DNA of 64,000 nt, from the IMG/VR virus record IMGVR_UViG_3300013426_000025, positions 32,001 to 96,000 of that record; one strand, written 5' to 3'. This document shows, in pieces, positions 57,480-64,000 of this stretch. The first letter of the stretch is position 1; every line of letters begins with the position of its first letter. The notes below the pieces were generated by a model, which saw nothing but the letters and a program-made list of their open reading frames with translations, was not told the origin of the DNA and ran no database searches. Position numbers and translations under genes: made by a program. This stretch comes from a virus (lineage: Duplodnaviria; Caudoviricetes).

Positions 57480-57565
57480 ACCTCTGTGTTGGAATCAGAA
57501 GACAAGCAAGTCTTAAAAACTTGTGGTCAGAATTGACCGTGTGGGTGCAAGTCCCATCAGAGGTA
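57480..57565 (+). tRNA. tRNA-Leu(UAA)
   Basis: ACCTCTG/CAGAGGT, CAAGT-CTTAAAA-ACTTG, long variable arm GGTCA-GAAT-TGACC, A73. Confidence 0.88.
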
Positions 57566-57595
57566 CAAATTATTAACTTATTAAATAATAAAAGT

Positions 57596-57853
57596 ATGAA
57601 AGAAAAGAAAAAGATTTACAAATTGTATTCTCAATCTCATAGTATTGGGAATCTGTCAATGGAAAAAGAGGCTTATTATTCTAATAAAGAAACTGCAATA
57701 CAAGAATATAAGGCTCTTAAGAAAGCAATTCTTGATGAGTTTGATAAAGAACATCCAACTATTATTGAAAAGAATAATAATTTCAAACTCTTTAATGGTG
57801 CTATTAATAGTTGGATAGAAATAGATTTAAGTGAAATTGAATTATCAAATTAA
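57596..57853 (+). CDS. Hypothetical protein
   Basis: Start moved to MKEKKK because the track start lies inside tRNA-Leu. Confidence 0.6.
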   Translation: MKEKKKIYKLYSQSHSIGNLSMEKEAYYSNKETAIQEYKALKKAILDEFDKEHPTIIEKNNNFKLFNGAINSWIEIDLSEIELSN

Positions 57854-57860
57854 TTATTTT

Positions 57861-58763
57861 ATGGGAGTAGAAATAAATAAAAAAGAATTAATAAAATTAC
57901 CATTTGTTAATTGTTTTTGTAACTATTTTGTTGATGAAAGCAATGTTTATGATGCAAATGGTCGTGTATTAGTCAAAACAATTAGAAAAGAGAATAATAG
58001 GAATAGACTTTATATTAATCTCAAAAAGGCTAACGGTGAATATAAACAAATTAAATTGAAATCCTTAATTGTTTTAGGACATCTTTTTTCTAAATACAAT
58101 AAAATAGATTTGGATTTTTACAGTAACAAACTTTTTGAAGGGGAACGTAGTGGTAGATTTGAAATATATCATAAAGATTCTGACCCAACAAATTGTGCAT
58201 TTTCTAATCTTAGAATAATAGATAAAGTAAAGAACATTACTGTAACTCAAGATACACAATATGATATTGGTATTTTACATAATTTTGAGTACAAGAAACG
58301 TAAAGAAAGGAAGAAAAAGATAGAAGAAGAGGAACAAATTACACCAATGGTTGAAGATAATAAACTAGAGAGTGTTGATGTAAACAAACCTTGTAAAGAA
58401 GAAGAACATGACAAACTGTTGCCTCTGTATTATATCAATGCCAATCATGAGATTAAGCAAGTCAGTACAAAAGAAATCACTGATGCTTTTCCATTTATCT
58501 TTGCAGATGAACAAGACGCTAAAATGTTTACATCAATGATTGTTCTTAGGTTACTTTATAAGAATTGGAAAGAAGGAAAAGATTTAATTGGGGGAAATAT
58601 TCAATATAACCCAAAATATAAGCGTAATCATTGGATTATAGGGTCAGCAACAAATAGTCCTCTTAGTAATCTATTTGCAGGCACATTAGCCTTTTCTGAT
58701 AAAGAATCTTGTAAGAAATTCATTCAAGAAAATAAAGAATGGTTAAACGGACTACTTGGATAA
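57861..58763 (+). CDS. NUMOD4/HNH-like domain fused to a C-terminal domain
   Basis: EIYHKDSDPTNCAFSNL; acidic linker; C-terminus resembles ORF 61045-61479. Confidence 0.6.
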   Translation: MGVEINKKELIKLPFVNCFCNYFVDESNVYDANGRVLVKTIRKENNRNRLYINLKKANGEYKQIKLKSLIVLGHLFSKYNKIDLDFYSNKLFEGERSGRFEIYHKDSDPTNCAFSNLRIIDKVKNITVTQDTQYDIGILHNFEYKKRKERKKKIEEEEQITPMVEDNKLESVDVNKPCKEEEHDKLLPLYYINANHEIKQVSTKEITDAFPFIFADEQDAKMFTSMIVLRLLYKNWKEGKDLIGGNIQYNPKYKRNHWIIGSATNSPLSNLFAGTLAFSDKESCKKFIQENKEWLNGLLG

Positions 58764-58808
58764 AATATAAAGTTAATTCAATTCAATTCATAAATCAAAT
58801 AAACATTA

Positions 58809-59594
58809 ATGAAAACTATTAATGTAGCATTAAATCGTATACCTCTCATAGCAGATTTTGCATATTATGCAGATATAGAGGGCAATGTATACAGAGCATT
58901 AAGGATGGATGAAAAAGTTAATGAGGAAACTGTTTATATTATAAAAAACAGCTTGTATCAAAAATTAACTACAAGAACGGATAAAGAACATCCTACACCA
59001 AGTGTAATCCTTAAATGTAATAATAAGAGTATTCGTATATTAGTACCTACACTAATAATACTAGCATGGAGATTTGCTGAGCAAAATCCCATACTCTTGG
59101 AAAACTTCGATTACCAAAATTTTGGTAAAAAGGGTACTTTTGTAATTAAACAGAAGAATCCTAAAAGAAAAGATGATACAAGTGTATCAAATTTGATGTT
59201 AATTAATACCAAATTTGCAGATAAGTGTCATAATGGAGAAATAATAAGAATGTTGCCTAAGGGCATTTATCTTAAAGAATATATGCGTAATACCCCTTCT
59301 ATTCCTATTATAGAAGAGGAAGAGGAAGAGCCTGAGGTTAGACGAGTTGTGTTAAAAAAAGACAAAGAATTTAAGTCTGACTCTTGGACAACAGAAGATA
59401 ACAGGTTTATACAATTAAAAGGGGAACGTGATGAAACTGTTTATATCAATGTAAATACGATAGCTTTTGTTGAAGAGAGCACCAGAACTCCTAATTTGAC
59501 TCTTATTTATGTTTTAGGCTCGTTTAAAAATTGTATTACTGTAAAAGGTAAAATCGAAAATATAATCGATAAAATTAAATATAGTAAGATTTAA
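58809..59594 (+). CDS. Degenerate NUMOD4/HNH-like domain fused to a FlbD-like domain
   Basis: YYADIEGNVY, DDTSVSNL; C-terminal FIQL...VYINVNTIAFVEE. Confidence 0.55.
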   Translation: MKTINVALNRIPLIADFAYYADIEGNVYRALRMDEKVNEETVYIIKNSLYQKLTTRTDKEHPTPSVILKCNNKSIRILVPTLIILAWRFAEQNPILLENFDYQNFGKKGTFVIKQKNPKRKDDTSVSNLMLINTKFADKCHNGEIIRMLPKGIYLKEYMRNTPSIPIIEEEEEEPEVRRVVLKKDKEFKSDSWTTEDNRFIQLKGERDETVYINVNTIAFVEESTRTPNLTLIYVLGSFKNCITVKGKIENIIDKIKYSKI

Positions 59595-59722
59595 TTAATA
59601 AGAACCCAACACCCTAAACAACAAAAGTTGAGTATAGCCTTCTGGGGGATGACTGCTTTTTTAGCCTTTTGTTGTGCTGTAGGTCATTGTTAGTGTTGGG
59701 TTCTATTTTTTTCTTTTTTATT

Positions 59723-59908
59723 ATGAAATTATTTAAAATTCAAGAAAAAGATAGTCATAGAGATTATTATATTAATCCTGATAAGATAGTATTGATTACT
59801 ACTTCTTATATGAATAATACAGCAACAAGAGTGATATTGGATAAATATTGTTCTGTTATTGTTGATGAACCTATAGATTCATTTATCAATAGAGTAAATA
59901 AATTGTAA
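59723..59908 (+). CDS. Small FlbD-like protein
   Basis: Start MKLFKI; YYINPDKIVLI...VIVDEPIDSFI. Confidence 0.55.
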   Translation: MKLFKIQEKDSHRDYYINPDKIVLITTSYMNNTATRVILDKYCSVIVDEPIDSFINRVNKL

Positions 59909-59918
59909 GATTGTAAGA

Positions 59919-60299
59919 ATGAAAGAAGTAACTTATGAAGTTTTCCAACAAGAGCTGGAGAAATTCAGAAATCATTCAGATTTTATTTTTGACTTAAAAA
60001 TCTGGGTTAATAAGCATTTAAAACCTATCTGGTTAAACTCTATAGGTCATTGGCTTATAGAGCATATTTTTCCTAGAACTTGGTGGGATATGTATTCTTT
60101 CCCGTACTATTACGAAGCTAATAAAGATAATTATCCTTATACTAAAGAACTATCTATGATTGGTAAAAAGATTACTGATGGCTGTAAAGAAGGAGTAGTT
60201 CAAAGGATTATAGTATTCTTAGACGACTCTTATTATGAAGTAATGGATGATGGTTGGACTTCTCTTCTATTGTGTAATTCACAAATAGAAGTATTATGA
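59919..60299 (+). CDS. Hypothetical protein
   Basis: ORF in packed early operon. Confidence 0.6.
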   Translation: MKEVTYEVFQQELEKFRNHSDFIFDLKIWVNKHLKPIWLNSIGHWLIEHIFPRTWWDMYSFPYYYEANKDNYPYTKELSMIGKKITDGCKEGVVQRIIVFLDDSYYEVMDDGWTSLLLCNSQIEVL

Positions 60300-60370
60300 G
60301 TAATTACGAAGGAAAACTAGATTTAATTATAAGTTTTGGAATCATTATTTTAATTTATTTATAAAAATTT

Positions 60371-60643
60371 ATGAAAAGTAAGTTTTTTATTACTCCTATT
60401 ATTTCAAACATACTAGAAAAGAAAGGATGTCCTTTTCCTCATACCTATTGTGTAATTATAGATTGGCTAGATTCAAAAGGCTACGTAATAACTATAGAAG
60501 TTGCTTATTATGATATAAATAATTATTCTTTTAGAAGTAACTTATATTATAAAGCTGAAAAGATATATACTTCTAAATGGATGCAATCTAGAGAAAAAGC
60601 ATTAGATGCTAGTATTCTTAAAACGTTGGAAGATTATTTATGA
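60371..60643 (+). CDS. Hypothetical protein, paralog of ORF starting at 63674
   Basis: TY..[IV]I[DN]WL[DE]SK...SR[EK][KE]ALD shared. Confidence 0.6.
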   Translation: MKSKFFITPIISNILEKKGCPFPHTYCVIIDWLDSKGYVITIEVAYYDINNYSFRSNLYYKAEKIYTSKWMQSREKALDASILKTLEDYL

Positions 60644-61038
60644 CAAAAGAAGAACAAGAAAGAATTGATTGCCAAATATCGGTAATGCAAGCATACAGAG
60701 ATGGTGCTGAAATTGAATTTATTGATAAACATGTGAGTGATGATACTTGGGAGATTTGTGATAATCCTGGTTGGGATTGGACAAAATATGATTATCGAGT
60801 AAAACCGTCCCCAAAATATCGCCCTTATAACAATACAACAGAATTTTTAATTACGCAGAAAGAACATGGGCCATACCTTTGTATGAATAAAGAGAAACAT
60901 ACTTTTATTATACCAACAAGTGTTGTTATTGGGGGAGTTGAATTTACTCAGTTAGGGGAAAGTATTACTTATGGTTGGGAGTTACTTTTTGAAAACTTCA
61001 CATGGCAAGATGGAATACCTTGTGGAATAAAAGAATAA
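60640..61038 (+). CDS. Hypothetical phage protein
   Basis: VMQAYRDGAEIE...PGWDWTKYDYRVKP..KYRPY. Confidence 0.65.
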   Translation: MTKEEQERIDCQISVMQAYRDGAEIEFIDKHVSDDTWEICDNPGWDWTKYDYRVKPSPKYRPYNNTTEFLITQKEHGPYLCMNKEKHTFIIPTSVVIGGVEFTQLGESITYGWELLFENFTWQDGIPCGIKE

Positions 61039-61044
61039 ATTAAT

Positions 61045-61479
61045 ATGGAAACAATAAAAATAAATGGTGAAGAGTATTTGCTTGATATAGAGCAAGCAAA
61101 ATCTCAAGGTCTACTTAAAGAAAAAAATAATAAGCCAAGAAGTTGGGGTGAGTATCTCAATACTCAACCGTGTGGTGTTAATTCTACAAATGATGTATAT
61201 CATATTGGAGAATATGATTCTTTCAATTCTTTAGAAGAAGCCAAAGCCTTTTGTGTATTAGGTAAGTTAATCCAACTCCGAGACTCTTGGTGGGGTGATT
61301 GGAGACCTAATTGGGAAGATAATGAATATAAATACAGTATTGTATCGTTGTGTAACAAGATTGATACTACATATAGTAGCAATCTGCTGTATATTCTCGC
61401 TTTTCCAACAGCAGAAATGCGAGATGATTTTTCTGATACTTTCCGAGATTTAATCGAACAAGCCAAAATGTTTTTGTAA
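61045..61479 (+). CDS. Hypothetical phage protein
   Basis: EEAKAF..LGKLIQLRD..WGDWRPNW...LAFPTAEMRDDF. Confidence 0.65.
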   Translation: METIKINGEEYLLDIEQAKSQGLLKEKNNKPRSWGEYLNTQPCGVNSTNDVYHIGEYDSFNSLEEAKAFCVLGKLIQLRDSWWGDWRPNWEDNEYKYSIVSLCNKIDTTYSSNLLYILAFPTAEMRDDFSDTFRDLIEQAKMFL

Positions 61480-61682
61480 TGACTTATCAAGAATATTCAA
61501 CTCTTAAATTAGGAGATTATGTCAAAGACAAAAGAACTGGTGAAGTAGGTCAAATTAGAGTATTTTCTAGAGATGAAATCTATGTTGCTTTTACAAAAGA
61601 TTGTCTAACTTCTTATTGTCTGGATGATTATAATAACCTTAAAGAATTTAAAGAAGAAATTAAATATTTAGAAAAAGTATGA
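61479..61682 (+). CDS. Small SH3/KOW-like protein
   Basis: LKLGDYVKDKRTGEVGQI. Confidence 0.5.
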   Translation: MTYQEYSTLKLGDYVKDKRTGEVGQIRVFSRDEIYVAFTKDCLTSYCLDDYNNLKEFKEEIKYLEKV

Positions 61683-61999
61683 ATATTGTATTGGTAATTT
61701 TACTAATTCTTTGCTGGTTGTGTAGTTTTATGTTATTAGTATGCACAGTCTTATCTAATAGATATTTATGGGCTGCTAAACTAATGTATAAACTATTATT
61801 TCCACAAGATTATAAGGACTATAAAGAAGCACTTTCTTTACCAAATATTCCTATTTGTAATAAAGATAGTGAAAAACCAAATGGTTATTATATCTATTGG
61901 TTTGACGATAGACATCAGGCATTATTTTATGATACTGAGTGTGTATTAAGTGACAATCCTTTGTTAGACAATCTTATTAAGAAACATGGCAGGAATTGA
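61679..61999 (+). CDS. Membrane-anchored hypothetical protein
   Basis: N-terminal TM. Confidence 0.55.
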   Translation: MNIVLVILLILCWLCSFMLLVCTVLSNRYLWAAKLMYKLLFPQDYKDYKEALSLPNIPICNKDSEKPNGYYIYWFDDRHQALFYDTECVLSDNPLLDNLIKKHGRN

Positions 62000-62660
62000 T
62001 AAAACATATATTTCTTCTAAGGAACAATATTATGAAGTAAAGGAGTGGGCTAAAGGCAAACTCCTTACTTCATTTTATGAATTTGTAGACCCTTATTATC
62101 CTAAATGGGGGCAAAAACTTACTAAATTTTATTTATCTGATTGGATTAGAAAATATTCAGAAGAAGAGATGGATGAAGTATTTAGTAAGGGTGGAGAATT
62201 AGTACTTTGGAATACTCCTGAATTTGTAGATGCTTATTTAATACAGCATTGTGAGTTACCATTTATTATAGAAAGATTGAAAGAGCAATATCCTAAGTCT
62301 TTTGCTAAAATCAAAAAGCAAGGTCTTGCATATAATGATACCTTTATACATACTTATAATCCTCATATTAAATTAAAGGGGAAATTCAAAAAGAAAGGAG
62401 TATTATTTACTTCAATCTATATAACAGTTGATGAAGAATATCTTTGGTATCTTAGTAATATAGATAAATGGGTGGCAAGGAATTATCCTTGGAGTATGTT
62501 ATTTGATAATATGCCTTGTTATTGGGTTAGAGGTTCAATTCCTAAGAAAACTCTAATGAGATGGTTAAGAAAATGGCAATTACCTAAGGGTGCTGAGGTA
62601 TGTATTCAAAGTGAATGGAAGGGTCATATATTTAAAAATAAAATAGTAAAAATAAAATGA
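61986..62660 (+). CDS. Hypothetical phage protein
   Basis: MAGIDKTY...LWNTPEFVDAYLIQHC. Confidence 0.65.
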   Translation: MAGIDKTYISSKEQYYEVKEWAKGKLLTSFYEFVDPYYPKWGQKLTKFYLSDWIRKYSEEEMDEVFSKGGELVLWNTPEFVDAYLIQHCELPFIIERLKEQYPKSFAKIKKQGLAYNDTFIHTYNPHIKLKGKFKKKGVLFTSIYITVDEEYLWYLSNIDKWVARNYPWSMLFDNMPCYWVRGSIPKKTLMRWLRKWQLPKGAEVCIQSEWKGHIFKNKIVKIK

Positions 62661-62995
62661 AATTGTGGATTATAATACTTGTTCTTGTAATAATTTTTTT
62701 AATTCCATTGTGTGTTGTTTTATTTATTGAAACAAGATTATACAAAAGTCTTTATAATACTCTTATTGGAAAAATTAATACTATTGTTAAGTATATAAGT
62801 GTAAGTACAATAAATTATGAAAAATTAGACAAAATAGGTTATACTGATTTGCTTGAGTGTGTCTTGGAAGATGAAATAGTATTAAAAGATAAAAACGAGG
62901 AAATAAAAAGATTAAAAAAGATGATTGAATTTATAAATGCTCCAGGAACTGTACTTCTAAATAAAATAGAAAAAAATAGTGAAATAAAATTATGA
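62657..62995 (+). CDS. Membrane-anchored hypothetical protein
   Basis: N-terminal TM, coiled coil. Confidence 0.55.
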   Translation: MKLWIIILVLVIIFLIPLCVVLFIETRLYKSLYNTLIGKINTIVKYISVSTINYEKLDKIGYTDLLECVLEDEIVLKDKNEEIKRLKKMIEFINAPGTVLLNKIEKNSEIKL

Positions 62996-63327
62996 TTTAT
63001 GATGAAATAATAGAGTTATCTCAAAATAAAAGTATTAATGAAATTAGTGATATTGCTTTACTGTTAGAACAATCTATTCTACATTATTTTTCAAGACTTC
63101 TCATAGACACATCTATAGAAAAGCCTATAAAATGTAATATACGATTAGAGTATTTCTTAGATGGTAATGATATTAATTGTACAATTACATCAATATATCA
63201 AGAACCATCTGAAGGATTAGTTTGTCTATATATAAAAGAAATAGAAGATTGGGCTAACCTTGATGATTTCTCTTATGATATGCAATTGAATATATTAAAG
63301 AAATTATGTTACGAGATTAAATTATGA
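62992..63327 (+). CDS. Hypothetical acidic protein
   Basis: ATGA-coupled ORF. Confidence 0.55.
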   Translation: MIYDEIIELSQNKSINEISDIALLLEQSILHYFSRLLIDTSIEKPIKCNIRLEYFLDGNDINCTITSIYQEPSEGLVCLYIKEIEDWANLDDFSYDMQLNILKKLCYEIKL

Positions 63328-63677
63328 TAAGTGAAATTTATTTTATAGATGATGATGTAATGTTAGGTCAATACTTTCCTCCAGTTCCTTCTTATAATTT
63401 GGTAGTATTGTACGGCAATTATTCTAAAAAGTTGAATCTACTTTATGATTTATTTAAAAGTGACGCTAAGCATTCTTTAATAGTAAATCATCCTATAGAC
63501 ATAGATATGGCAAGAAATTATGGTAAATTATCTTGGAATCACATCTATGGGTATGATTGGGGTAAACAAAAGTTTGTATTATTTAAAGATGTTAAATCTT
63601 GTTTTAGGCTTACTCCTAATACTAAAATATGGGATAGAATTACTAAATTTGGAGATTATAATTGTTTTTTAAGATGA
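63324..63677 (+). CDS. Hypothetical protein
   Basis: ATGA-coupled ORF. Confidence 0.55.
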   Translation: MISEIYFIDDDVMLGQYFPPVPSYNLVVLYGNYSKKLNLLYDLFKSDAKHSLIVNHPIDIDMARNYGKLSWNHIYGYDWGKQKFVLFKDVKSCFRLTPNTKIWDRITKFGDYNCFLR

Positions 63678-64000
63678 AAGAGAATATGTATATCCCTCAT
63701 AAATTAGCAGTTAAATTATCAAGATATTGGGATAAAGACCACCCTGATGATGCAGATGAAAATGCTGTGTGGGGTACTATTACAGCACTTACTTATAGTG
63801 AGGTTATAAATTGGTTAGAATCTAAGAATATTTACTTAGAGATATGTCCTACAGCAATACCTCAAGATGCATTTAATGAAGAATCTTCATTATGGAAAGT
63901 TGGATATTATATATGTGTTTATGAGAATATAATGGCTGTACGATTCTATGATTATGCTTATAGTACTCCGTATTTATCCAGTAGGAAAGAAGCATTAGAT
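63674..64000 (+). CDS. Hypothetical protein, truncated by window end
   Basis: MKENMYIPHK... open to the end; paralog of 60371-60643. Confidence 0.55.
   Translation, partial: MKENMYIPHKLAVKLSRYWDKDHPDDADENAVWGTITALTYSEVINWLESKNIYLEICPTAIPQDAFNEESSLWKVGYYICVYENIMAVRFYDYAYSTPYLSSRKEALD

Noticed and set aside
1-64000. Stop-codon reassignment as in some crAss-like phages
   Set aside because: Core genes are full-length in the standard code and no suppressor tRNA was found

Overview
About 64 kb of a crAss-like (Crassvirales) phage genome infecting a Bacteroidota host; it is AT-rich and reads in the standard code. Positions 1 to about 53.9 kb form a minus-strand late block: giant virion cargo proteins, a muzzle/tail-stabilisation gene split in two, ring/tail proteins, fibres, major capsid protein, a six-gene accessory cassette, lysis genes, portal, large terminase, a GroES-like gene, three tRNAs and a zincin/transglycosylase multidomain protein. 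Ten Bacteroidota-type promoters of identical spacing precede these units. At about 53.9 kb coding switches to the plus strand (early block). The switch region is the most interesting part. It has two ORF-free promoter-driven minus-strand transcripts, three copies of a candidate early promoter (CACACCAC-N7-ATATTTTGAT), about 680 nt of pseudoknots and kissing hairpins, a Csx3/Crn3-like ring nuclease gene, and a tRNA-like element with no anticodon arm. Together these suggest an early RNA-plus-protein counter-defence module. All calls come from reading motifs by eye and recalled family knowledge; no searches or folding programs were run.
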